Assembly (NCBI GenBank): GCA_002503055.1
Contig: DAQX01000023.1
Location: 15,297-79,296, forward strand
DNA length: 64,000 nucleotides
From: Euryarchaeota archaeon UBA86
GTDB taxonomy: Archaea; Thermoplasmatota; Poseidoniia; Poseidoniales; Thalassarchaeaceae
Reading direction: 5' to 3'
Numbering within the stretch: the stretch's first letter is position 1; each line of letters begins with the position of its first letter. The notes beneath the pieces were generated by a model. It made no database searches, was not told the DNA's origin, and worked only from the letters and a program-made list of their open reading frames with translations. The position numbers and the translations under genes are program-made. This document shows, one piece after another, positions 18,545 through 27,470 of this stretch.

Positions 18545-21500
18545 ATGCATCTAATACGAATGGAACTCGAGAACTTCAAGTCATTTGGAGGCGAAGTCAC
18601 CATCCCTCTCGAAGAAGGATTCACTGCGATAACTGGTCCAAATGGTTCGGGCAAGTCCAACACACTAGATGCTTTGGAATTCGTTCTGGGACCAAAGTCA
18701 ACCAAGTCCCTTAGGGCAGAAAATGTAACCCAACTGATATTCAATGGCGGTGAGAGAGGAAGGCCAGCCAAGCATATGTCGGCTACTCTAATCTTCAACA
18801 ATGAGCCCGATGAGACTGGTAGAAGGAGGTTGAGGATTGAATCAGATGAAGTCAGCTTCACTCGCTCAGTCAAACTCGGCAGGAAGGGAGCACCAATCTC
18901 TGCCTTCAGAATCGGAGACAAACCATCTACAGCCACAGAGATGAGGAGAGTTCTGGCAGAGGCCGGACTCAGGGCTGGAGGATACAACATTGTCAAGCAA
19001 GGAGATGTCACTAATCTTGCGACCATGACTGCCTACAAGAGAAGAAAAATCATCGAAGATGTGGCGGGAGTAACTGCCTATGATGATGAGATTAGGAAGT
19101 CCAATACTCAGAGAAAGCATGTTGAGAACAGCATTGAGACTATTGGAATTCTCGAAGATGATCAGAAGAATCGACTGAAGAGTCTCTCAAAGGAGCGTGA
19201 GCAGGCGCTCAAATTCAAGGAGTTGCAAGATGACCTAGACTCTTCTAGAATGGTACTCCACCAATCTAGGCATAGGAACAGGTCAGAGGATGTTGAACTA
19301 CTCGGCGAGGAGAGGACTCGCTACACGGGCGAAATAGATGAAATCGGAAACCAGGTCACTGTTGGCAACAAATCCCTACTCGCGCTCGATGAAGAAATGG
19401 TCAGAGTTGAATCAGAGATTAACGAAATCATGAGTGGCGATGCCAAGCAGATACTGGATACTATTCGTCAGTACGAAATCGAGATGGAGACGGGAGGGGA
19501 CAGAATTGCAGATCAAGAGGAAGCTATTGAAGCGGCCAACTCCGAAGCCGAAGAATTTGGCAAGGAACTTGAGGGTGCCCAGCAAGCCAAGTCAGAAGCA
19601 GAGACAGCACTCGAGGCGGCCCAGCAGAAACTTATCGATTCCAATACTGCTATCGAGGAGGCATCTAATGACGAGGCAGAAGCAAGGCAGGCAATCGAGT
19701 CAGGCGACAAACACGGCCGCGATCTGAAGCGTGCTTTGGGACTGGTTTCAGACAAAGTCGATGAGGCTCAGTCGGTATATGCCGAAAAGAGACTCGCAGC
19801 AGATCGGGCTGAGCAGTCAGAACAACTTGCATCCAGTAAACTAGCTGATCTTGAGGAGATGTTCGAAGAGGCTACAATGGTTCGCGACGATCTTGAACTC
19901 GTCGGAGAAGATCTACAAGGTGAGAATCCACAGGAGGACAGGACATCCCTAGCCGAGGAACTGCGTCGCTTGCAGAAGCAGGAGTCAAATCTTGCAGAAG
20001 ACAGGGATAGAGCCGAGAATAGGGTGAGGGAATCAGAGCGCAAGTTAAGTCGAGCCAGAGCTCGTCAGGAAGAGAGAACCAAGGCACCGGGCTCTGCAAT
20101 CACACTAGCCGCTCTAGCCAAACTTAGACAGAGCGGAGAAATCAAGGGAATACTGGGCTCTCTGGGTGAACTCACAGCACCTAAGGACAGCGCCCATGAA
20201 GAAGCACTCGCAGTCGCATTGGGCGGAGGTCTCAGAAGTATCGTAGTCAACGATGATGATGTTGCAGCAAAGTGCATCGCTTGGCTAAGACAAAATGGAG
20301 GAGGAAGGGCGACTTTTCTACCTCTGAACAAACTAAGTATCAACCGTCCAGGTGGCCGATCTCTGATTGTTGCCAACAACCCGGGAGTGGTAGGATTCGC
20401 CCACGACTTACTCGAATATGATCCAGAGATCGACACCGCTGTGAGATATGCCAGCAGGAACACATTGGTCGTTGACTCTATGGAGGTTGCAAGAAGAAAC
20501 ATGGGCGGAGTCAGAATGGTCACACTCGATGGCTCTCTCATCGAGAGTTCCGGAGCGATGACCGGCGGCTCTGCTACCAAGAATACTGCAAACGCCTTCG
20601 GCGGTGGTTCTGTTTCCAGCAGCTTAGATCGCCTAGAAGCTGCAGTCGATGAGGCGAATCTGATTTACTCTACAGTCGAAGCAGCACTCAGGGAGTTGCG
20701 AAGTAACCAGCAGGCATTGAGGGACCGTATTCATGGCCTAGATGACTCAGATAAGGCTCTACAGGCACGTAACTGGAAATCGGACATAAATAGGGCACAG
20801 AAGGATGTCGAAGATGTCCGCAAAAAAGTCCAAGCAGCAATTTCCGACTTCAAGAATCATCAGAAGAGCAATTCTGAGGCCAAGCAAGCCGCTGTCGAGG
20901 CCAAGCAAGAACTCGACTCAGTTTTGGATGAGAGATCTCAGGCCGCACTGGCTCTACAGGATCATGCTCCCGATCATCTCTCAAAGAAACTGAGAGACGC
21001 AGAACGAATAATGACCGAAGCAGAGCGACAAAGGCTCGTAGCAGAGTCTGCCATTTCAAGCTCCAAAGAAAGGATTGGAATCTTGGCAGAAAGAGTTGAA
21101 GAAATCTCCAAGCAAATCGAAAGGAAGCTTTCAATCGTCACCCAGGCAGAGAGTAGAATCTTAGAACTCAAGGGCAGCATAAGAGAAGCGACAGAGAAAC
21201 TAGATGATCTCAGAGAGCGAGCATCACAATTTGACGAGGAGCAGAAAGCACTCAATGAGCGCAGAGATGAGATAGTTGACGAGAGAGCAAGCCTCAGGGC
21301 ATCATTGGACAACCTATCTCAGAGGAGAGAAACTCTCTCTTCCCGAATTGAGGAACTAAATGGACAAATCCAGCAGAAGAGAGAGGCATTGGATGAGATT
21401 GTGGCCGAATTAGCGGCTGCTGGTATCAAAATTCCACCGGCCGATGTAGAACTGCCGACAGTAGCCGAGGCGGAAAAGAGCGTGCAGGGGCTCGAACGCC

Positions 21501-22459
21501 GTCTCGGCCAACTTGGCGATGTTAACATGCTTGCCATAGAGCAATATGACATCACCGCTGAGAGAATAGCCGCTTTGGCCGAGGATGCAACCTTGCTTCG
21601 ATCAAGACGAGACCAACTGATTTCACTATCTGACCAGTTAGAGTCTGAGAGGAAAACACGGCTCATGGCGGTGTTCAATCACGTCGACAAAAATTTCTCC
21701 AAAGTATACGAGATTCTGCAGCCAGGAGGTAGTGGAAGTCTCAGGATGGAGAATCCGAAGAACCCATTTGAGGGAGGTATGGAGATGGATTGTGTTCCTC
21801 CGGGCAAGAGTAAGAATACCCGTAGGAGCATGCTCTCTGGGGGCGAGAAGTCGATGGCGGCATTGGCTCTCATCTTTGCACTACAGGACTACGAACCCAG
21901 TCCATTCTACTATCTTGACGAGGTTGACCAGAATCTCGATCCATTCAATGCTGAGAGAATTGCCACACTTTGCAGGATGCGTAGCCAAAGGGCACAATTC
22001 CTCATGGTTACTCTACGCAAGGTAACTCTCACTCTAGCTGACCATCATGTTGGAGTAACACATGCCGGCGACGGTAGAAGCCGACTGATTACTGACTTTG
22101 ACAGAGCAACTGCTCTGGAGATGGGAGAACAGTTCGAGGCCGAGCGCAAGGCACAGGAAGAATCGGCAGCTGACAAGGAGTCGATGACCGATCTCCCAGA
22201 CCCTGAGAACATGCCTAGGGCGCCCGAGCCTTTGGGTAGCCCCAAGAGCCTAGGCGGTCTAGCAGATAGAGCAGGAGTCGAAATCGAAGGCGATGATGAA
22301 GTCGCTGATACAGATGAAGAAGTAGACACGATGGACTCTCTAAGAGAGAGAACAGATGAATGGACAGAGGACATGGATGAGAGAGAGTCCGTTCTAGTGA
22401 ATGAAACCGAGGACGATGAAGAAGAAGTCGAGCAGATGCAAAAGGAGGTCGAATCATGA
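18545..22459 (+). CDS. smc: chromosome segregation ATPase SMC, with a ~115 aa acidic C-terminal tail
   Basis: 'FTAITGPNGSGKSN' Walker A, long coiled coils, hinge 'GILGSLGEL...ALGGGLRSIVV', signature 'LSGGEKSMAALALIFAL', Walker B 'FYYLDEVDQNLD'. Confidence 0.97.
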   Translation: MHLIRMELENFKSFGGEVTIPLEEGFTAITGPNGSGKSNTLDALEFVLGPKSTKSLRAENVTQLIFNGGERGRPAKHMSATLIFNNEPDETGRRRLRIESDEVSFTRSVKLGRKGAPISAFRIGDKPSTATEMRRVLAEAGLRAGGYNIVKQGDVTNLATMTAYKRRKIIEDVAGVTAYDDEIRKSNTQRKHVENSIETIGILEDDQKNRLKSLSKEREQALKFKELQDDLDSSRMVLHQSRHRNRSEDVELLGEERTRYTGEIDEIGNQVTVGNKSLLALDEEMVRVESEINEIMSGDAKQILDTIRQYEIEMETGGDRIADQEEAIEAANSEAEEFGKELEGAQQAKSEAETALEAAQQKLIDSNTAIEEASNDEAEARQAIESGDKHGRDLKRALGLVSDKVDEAQSVYAEKRLAADRAEQSEQLASSKLADLEEMFEEATMVRDDLELVGEDLQGENPQEDRTSLAEELRRLQKQESNLAEDRDRAENRVRESERKLSRARARQEERTKAPGSAITLAALAKLRQSGEIKGILGSLGELTAPKDSAHEEALAVALGGGLRSIVVNDDDVAAKCIAWLRQNGGGRATFLPLNKLSINRPGGRSLIVANNPGVVGFAHDLLEYDPEIDTAVRYASRNTLVVDSMEVARRNMGGVRMVTLDGSLIESSGAMTGGSATKNTANAFGGGSVSSSLDRLEAAVDEANLIYSTVEAALRELRSNQQALRDRIHGLDDSDKALQARNWKSDINRAQKDVEDVRKKVQAAISDFKNHQKSNSEAKQAAVEAKQELDSVLDERSQAALALQDHAPDHLSKKLRDAERIMTEAERQRLVAESAISSSKERIGILAERVEEISKQIERKLSIVTQAESRILELKGSIREATEKLDDLRERASQFDEEQKALNERRDEIVDERASLRASLDNLSQRRETLSSRIEELNGQIQQKREALDEIVAELAAAGIKIPPADVELPTVAEAEKSVQGLERRLGQLGDVNMLAIEQYDITAERIAALAEDATLLRSRRDQLISLSDQLESERKTRLMAVFNHVDKNFSKVYEILQPGGSGSLRMENPKNPFEGGMEMDCVPPGKSKNTRRSMLSGGEKSMAALALIFALQDYEPSPFYYLDEVDQNLDPFNAERIATLCRMRSQRAQFLMVTLRKVTLTLADHHVGVTHAGDGRSRLITDFDRATALEMGEQFEAERKAQEESAADKESMTDLPDPENMPRAPEPLGSPKSLGGLADRAGVEIEGDDEVADTDEEVDTMDSLRERTDEWTEDMDERESVLVNETEDDEEEVEQMQKEVES

Positions 22460-23460
22460 CCGTCTTCGACGGCCATGTAATGAGGGACGAAATCGTCTCA
22501 AGTATGCTAGATGGTGAAGCAGACCTTGAGACTAGCAAATACCTAGACAGGTTAGTCGAACTCTCATTACTAGAGGAAGCTGAACACCAGTTCCTGATTG
22601 ATCCATTCGATAGATCGGTAGCCCTCGTCTTCCAGTTGTTTCAGTCATCTGACCTAGATCCATGGGATGTCGATTTGTCGACCTTCATTGAGATGTTCAA
22701 TCGAAGAATCGAAGATGCCGAAAATATCGACTTACCAACATGTGGCAGACTAGTTCGTATGGCCTGGTGTATTCTTCGTGGCCAAGCGGCTTCACTACTT
22801 GATAGACAAGAGAGGGCCTTTGAGGAAGAAGAGGAAGAGATTTGGGAGTTTGATGGAGGCTGGGAGGCAGACTTCGATGATGCAGACTACAACTTCTCTG
22901 TGGGGGTACTCTCTGGGGCGGCATCCGAGACCCTGCCTCAGATGTTCGAAGGTCGTATCCATCGAGACGAGAGCCGCCCCGTCACTCTTGGCGAATTACT
23001 AATGGGTTTACAGGACGCAGGAAGATTGGCCGCAGAGCAGAGGATGCGCGAAGAGATTGCCAAGGAGAGACGCGATGCCCATGAAAGGGCCAGAGAAAGA
23101 TTCAGCGGAAGTCTGCATATCGAGGATCTCGAGGGTGACCTAAAGAGGACTTGGGAATCACTCAAATTGCGTTCCGACGCCGGCGAACCTGTTTCTCTGA
23201 AACTACTCGTAGATGACCTGACTTCGAAGTCTATGGAAGAAGGAATTCCTTTGGAGGAAGCCGAAGCAGAGGCACAAGTAGCAGCATTAATCTCCGCTCT
23301 TTTCCTTACCAACAGAGGCTTCGTTGATCTCAAGCAGAATAGTGGCAGGAATGGGGATATCACGCTCAGAGACCTCTGGGACGAGGAAGATGACTTCACC
23401 ACTCTCTCCCTCAGACTTAATCCCAAGCCTAAGATTCAGGGGGTGTCCGAACTTGTCTAA
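22456..23460 (+). CDS. scpA: segregation and condensation protein A (kleisin)
   Basis: ATGA overlap with the smc stop. 'DLDPWDVDLSTFIEMFNRRI' is the typical ScpA N-terminal motif. It lies between smc and scpB. Confidence 0.85.
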   Translation: MTVFDGHVMRDEIVSSMLDGEADLETSKYLDRLVELSLLEEAEHQFLIDPFDRSVALVFQLFQSSDLDPWDVDLSTFIEMFNRRIEDAENIDLPTCGRLVRMAWCILRGQAASLLDRQERAFEEEEEEIWEFDGGWEADFDDADYNFSVGVLSGAASETLPQMFEGRIHRDESRPVTLGELLMGLQDAGRLAAEQRMREEIAKERRDAHERARERFSGSLHIEDLEGDLKRTWESLKLRSDAGEPVSLKLLVDDLTSKSMEEGIPLEEAEAEAQVAALISALFLTNRGFVDLKQNSGRNGDITLRDLWDEEDDFTTLSLRLNPKPKIQGVSELV

Positions 23461-24070
23461 TCCAGAACTTTCGACTATCCTTGAAGCAATACTGTTCGGA
23501 GCAGGTAGATCAATGTCGGTGGAGGAATTATCTGAATTACTTGAGAAACCAGCATCAGAGGTTGAAGAATCTCTTCGGCAGTTACAATCTACAATCCGCA
23601 GACGTCGAGACTCTGCTTTGCAATTATCCGATGTAGCAGGTAGGTGGATTTTCGAAGTCAGGCCCGGACTTTCTCCACATCTACCCGAGTCATTCAGGGC
23701 AGATATCCCTCAGAGATTGCTTCCTGCAGCAGCCTTAGTGGCCTACCATCAGCCCATGGCACAATCACAACTGGTGGATATGCTCGGCCAGCGAGCCTAC
23801 GAGCATGTCAGAGATCTCGCTAAGATGGGCCTACTCGACCGCAGAAGAGACGGCCTAACTCGTAGGCTTACGACCACTCGCAGGTTCGCTGAATACTTCG
23901 GATGCCCGGAGATAGAGTACAGAAAGGTACGCTCATGGTTCAGACAAGAGGCAGAGAAGATGGGACTTACGAGTGCCCAATTGGCCGCCTCACTAGCTCC
24001 TGAAGAGCAGTTGTCAATCAATGAATTCTCAGATGAATCATCTGATGAGGGCACACTAGAGGTCGAGTAA
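23453..24070 (+). CDS. scpB: segregation and condensation protein B
   Basis: 'LSTILEAILFGAGRSMSVEELSELL' (ScpB N-terminal wHTH) and 'ALVAYHQPMAQSQLVDMLG' (second wHTH). TTG 23453 has GGGGTG 7 nt upstream. In-frame ATGs at 23390 and 23324 are alternatives that would overlap scpA more heavily. Confidence 0.8.
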   Translation: MSNPELSTILEAILFGAGRSMSVEELSELLEKPASEVEESLRQLQSTIRRRRDSALQLSDVAGRWIFEVRPGLSPHLPESFRADIPQRLLPAAALVAYHQPMAQSQLVDMLGQRAYEHVRDLAKMGLLDRRRDGLTRRLTTTRRFAEYFGCPEIEYRKVRSWFRQEAEKMGLTSAQLAASLAPEEQLSINEFSDESSDEGTLEVE

Positions 24071-25366
24071 TTACTCGGATCTGAGTTTTACCAACTCTTC
24101 TTCTACAGCCTTCTGAGTGATTCTTCCGCCTTGAGCGCGCAGTCTAGCAGCCACGGCATCTACCTCGCCACCCTCTGCTCCTGCGGTAACAGCCATATTT
24201 CTCACATGGAGCTTCATGTGTCCAGCTTGGATGCCAACTGTAGCAAGCGCCCTGAGTGCTCCCAAGTTCTGTACCAATCCAGCAGCCGCCATCACCTTAG
24301 CAAGTTCATCTGCTGTTGTTATTCCCATTAGGGCGACATTTGCTTGTGCCGCAGGATGTACGCGCACAGCGCCTCCAACTAGACCTACTGCCATTGGAAG
24401 CTCAATAGATCCTACCAGGTTGCCAGCACTATCACTTTCCCAGTGCGTGAGTGATCCGTATACTCTCTTATGTGAGGCAAAACTGTGAGCCCCAGACTCG
24501 ATAGCTCTCCAGTCTTGTCCACATGCAATTGCTATAGCAGAAATTGCATTCATGATTCCCTTATTGTGAGTCGTTGCACGGAATGGATCCGCCTTAGCGA
24601 AGTGGTATGCTTGAAGAATCCCCTCAATTACCTCAGCACCTTGGACAGCATCTCCCTTATCTGACATCTCTTCCGGAGTGAAAACAGCACTAACTCGAGC
24701 CAATCTGTGGACTGCCAAATTACTGATTATTCTTAGAATAACAGTTCCTCCAGTCATTCCTTCTATCTTGGGGGCGATGGTTTCAGCCATAGTATTGACA
24801 GCATTTGCACCCATTGCATCTCTACAATCAACTAAAATGTGGACAATCACCATAGAACCAGACTCAGTTTCAATGATTTTAGCCTCAATATCCCTACATC
24901 CACCACCAAATTTGACTAAAATTGGGTCAACTTCATTGCACGAATCAATCAAATCTTGCTTATTGTCGATAATTGACTCCATCGCAGATACAGGATTATC
25001 GCAATCAACGACTTGGATTTGGCCAATCATTACCGGGTCATCATTGTTTGAAACAAAACCTCCTTTCTGATGGCATCTCTTTGCCATGTTACTGGCAGCC
25101 GCAACCACACTAGGCTCTTCCAAAACGAAAGGCACCAGGTAGTGATCTCCATCGACTACGAAGTTGGTCGCCACTCCAATAGGAAGGGAGTATGTTCCAA
25201 CTACATTCTCTATCATTCTGTCTGCAGCCTCTTCAGACAACTCCCCACTAGCTGACCAAGCCCCAACCTGTTCAGGAGTTAGTCCTGCTAATTCTGCTAG
25301 CATCTCTCTGCGTTCCGAAACTGATAGTTTGTAGAATCCCTCTAGGCGACTGCTGTCTACTGGCAT
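24071..25366 (-). CDS. hmgA: hydroxymethylglutaryl-CoA reductase, class II (bacterial type)
   Basis: 'SRLEGFYKLSVSERREML' N-terminus, 'ENVVGTYSLPIGVATNFVVDG', 'EEPSVVAAAS', 'RDAMGANAVNTMAE'. There are no N-terminal membrane helices. Confidence 0.92.
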   Translation of the reverse strand: MPVDSSRLEGFYKLSVSERREMLAELAGLTPEQVGAWSASGELSEEAADRMIENVVGTYSLPIGVATNFVVDGDHYLVPFVLEEPSVVAAASNMAKRCHQKGGFVSNNDDPVMIGQIQVVDCDNPVSAMESIIDNKQDLIDSCNEVDPILVKFGGGCRDIEAKIIETESGSMVIVHILVDCRDAMGANAVNTMAETIAPKIEGMTGGTVILRIISNLAVHRLARVSAVFTPEEMSDKGDAVQGAEVIEGILQAYHFAKADPFRATTHNKGIMNAISAIAIACGQDWRAIESGAHSFASHKRVYGSLTHWESDSAGNLVGSIELPMAVGLVGGAVRVHPAAQANVALMGITTADELAKVMAAAGLVQNLGALRALATVGIQAGHMKLHVRNMAVTAGAEGGEVDAVAARLRAQGGRITQKAVEEELVKLRSE

Positions 25367-25400
25367 AGTATCATTACGGCCCGGAGAATAGGGCTTCTAA

Positions 25401-25414
25401 CTGTTTGCAAACAG
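25401..25414. promoter_or_regulatory. perfect 14-nt palindrome CTGTTTGCAAACAG, 35 nt upstream of the hmgA start
   Basis: Read directly from the sequence. It lies in the 279-bp divergent intergenic region. Confidence 0.3.
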
Positions 25415-25463
25415 GGAACTTAGCGACGAAGTTGGCCCTACCTCCTACTCCGATTAGGCCAAA

Positions 25464-25528
25464 TTAAGCGTTAATTTAACCATTAACGCATCATTAACGC
25501 ATCATTAAAGCGTTAATAAAGCGTTAAT
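25464..25528. repeat. cluster of five exact copies of the 8-mer GCGTTAAT/ATTAACGC, with pairs phased at 11 bp
   Basis: GCGTTAAT occurs at 25468-75, 25510-17 and 25521-28. The reverse complement ATTAACGC occurs at 25482-89 and 25493-25500. There is a tandem 'TCATTAACGCA' x2 plus a degenerate third copy, and the background is AT-rich. Confidence 0.7.
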
Positions 25529-25645
25529 CTGGGAGAAATCATTTCGCTGCACTGTAAGGATATGAATGAATCAAGACATCTCGGAATCCGTGAAAAACCC
25601 GTTAAATCGCCCTATGGAAAGCGTCAGAATGCGTGAACATTAAGA

Positions 25646-27463
25646 ATGATTGAAGCCGCTACTAGGCCAATGATTTCAGAGGCGGTCTCATTGCTTGATT
25701 TACCTCCTTTGAGGGGCAACCCCTTCGACCACCGCCCGATTGAACCTTCTAGGGCCCAGGACCTAGTCGGTCGAGATTCGTTGATGATTAGACTGCGCGA
25801 GTACATTATCTCAGAATCTCCCAGAAACATTCTGTTAGTAGGAGATTCGGGAAGCGGGAGGACATCAATGGTGAACGCACTTTCTTCCCAAGCCAGAAAC
25901 AAGTTCGTCAGTCAGTTCTGGCCCGAAACAGATCCAGTAAACTCGATTCTAAACGAACTTTCAGTACATTTCGCAGGTTATGAAATCCCTAGAACTACTT
26001 CTCGACTGTGTGAGTCATTAGTTGAGATGCTAGACAAAGAGACTGGGCCATTGCCCCTAATTGCTCTAGATTACCCTACTTCGACTCCTTTGAATGAGCT
26101 ATTGACCAGAATCACACCTCTATTACAGAGACTTAGGGCACTAGTCATAGTTACAGCAACATCTTCGCAATTAAAATCTCTTGATGAGGAGATTGTTGAA
26201 GCATATGATATCGAACAACTCAATGATTTCTCTAAGCAGGAAGTACAGAAACTAGCGGACAATCTAATCCGTAGAAAGGCCCGCGAGAGGTGGATAATCA
26301 ATCCTCAACTTATGGATGCACTGATGGAACGCACAGGAGGGCACCCTCGCGATGTTGTGAAACTGTGTAGAGACTTACTGGATGAGCGTAGAGGCAATGG
26401 CTCTGAGGGCACATTAGAGAGACTAATGTCTTGGAGTGGCAGGATAGATGATGTCCCAGAAGTGCCGTTCGAACCTGAAAATGAATCAGAAGAGCCAGTG
26501 GAAGGTTTGGAAACCACTGAGGTGGAGAATTTTGAGGAGGAAGACGAGAACCCTGCAGAAGATTCCGATGACTGGGACATTGAACCTGATGACATGTGGG
26601 AAGATGTTATCGAGCCCGAAGATGATCCTGTTTGGGATGAGACAATTCCCGAAATTGAGGACGATTGGTCCGAACAAGAGCCACCGGAACCATCCAATCC
26701 CCCCGAAGAAGGCCAAGGGACCTTAGATTCCTATGTCCCAATCGTAGATGCCACTGAAGAACAGTCGCGAACTCCAGTTACAGGGGCTTTTGGAGGATTG
26801 CTTAGCCGAACCGTGGTTACCGGGGATGAGATGCCAAAAGAGCCCGACGGAAAGCCAGTAACGGTTGCCAATTCTGAACCAAAGCCTTTCATCCCATCAA
26901 CAAACCGACCTGTAGTTCAAGATCCAGATCCAGCGTTCGAATCACAAGCCATTCCTGATACATCGATTACTCCTGCAGAGGAAGTCTCTGTGATGTCGGA
27001 TGAAGGGGCTCTTTGGACTGCTGACCCAAGCCTTGGAGTGGTGCCCGAGGTCCCCGAACAACCCGAACCAGAGAAAACCCTCTTTGATTTGGATCACACT
27101 CCTGAGTTAGTTGAACCCGAGCCCGAACCTGAGATTATCACTACGCCACCGCCATCTCCTCCCGCAATCCCTCAAATTCCTGTCCTACCTAGTGGGCCTA
27201 ATTGGGAGCCGGATGAGCCCTTTGATAAATCCAGATTTGCATATATTTCAGATAATGAGAGGACAATTCTTGAGGCGGCTGCTGGAAGAGAAGTTTCTCC
27301 TTCAGATGCCGAATTACAAGCCGTATTGGAAGTCGGTAGGACCAGACTTTCTCAGATATTCAACGGACTTCGCAGAGCGGGACTACTTTCCGTCAGAAAG
27401 CAAGGTAGAACCAGGCTGTTCAAGCTCAGCAATATTGCCTCTACCGAACTCGGAATGAATTAG
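25646..27463 (+). CDS. Orc1/Cdc6- or Arch-ATPase-like P-loop protein with degenerate Walker motifs, a long acidic/proline-rich linker and a C-terminal winged helix-turn-helix
   Basis: 'NPFDHRPIEPSRAQDLVGRDSLMIRLREYI...NILLVGDSGSGRTSMVNAL' has Arg where the Walker A Lys is expected (AGG at 25859-61). 'LPLIALDYP' is the candidate Walker B. About 250 aa are rich in E, D, P and W. The C-terminus 'ERTILEAAAGREVSPSDAELQAVLEVGRTRLSQIFNGLRRAGLLSVRKQGRTRLFKL' looks like a wHTH. Confidence 0.65.
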   Translation: MIEAATRPMISEAVSLLDLPPLRGNPFDHRPIEPSRAQDLVGRDSLMIRLREYIISESPRNILLVGDSGSGRTSMVNALSSQARNKFVSQFWPETDPVNSILNELSVHFAGYEIPRTTSRLCESLVEMLDKETGPLPLIALDYPTSTPLNELLTRITPLLQRLRALVIVTATSSQLKSLDEEIVEAYDIEQLNDFSKQEVQKLADNLIRRKARERWIINPQLMDALMERTGGHPRDVVKLCRDLLDERRGNGSEGTLERLMSWSGRIDDVPEVPFEPENESEEPVEGLETTEVENFEEEDENPAEDSDDWDIEPDDMWEDVIEPEDDPVWDETIPEIEDDWSEQEPPEPSNPPEEGQGTLDSYVPIVDATEEQSRTPVTGAFGGLLSRTVVTGDEMPKEPDGKPVTVANSEPKPFIPSTNRPVVQDPDPAFESQAIPDTSITPAEEVSVMSDEGALWTADPSLGVVPEVPEQPEPEKTLFDLDHTPELVEPEPEPEIITTPPPSPPAIPQIPVLPSGPNWEPDEPFDKSRFAYISDNERTILEAAAGREVSPSDAELQAVLEVGRTRLSQIFNGLRRAGLLSVRKQGRTRLFKLSNIASTELGMN

Positions 27464-27470
27464 GTGCCTC

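Noticed and set aside
18469-23426. A series of long minus-strand ORFs (18469-19026, 20065-20580, 20974-21312, 21319-21678, 22045-22476, 22938-23426) opposite smc and scpA
   Set aside because: The coiled-coil, Glu/Ala/Leu-rich coding sequence leaves the antisense frame free of stops. The products are Ser/Ala-rich low complexity. smc and scpA carry definitive motifs.
25464-25528. Possibility that the short repeats are a CRISPR array or a mobile-element terminal repeat
   Set aside because: The units are only 8-11 bp with no spacers of CRISPR size. There are no cas genes, transposase or target-site duplication nearby.
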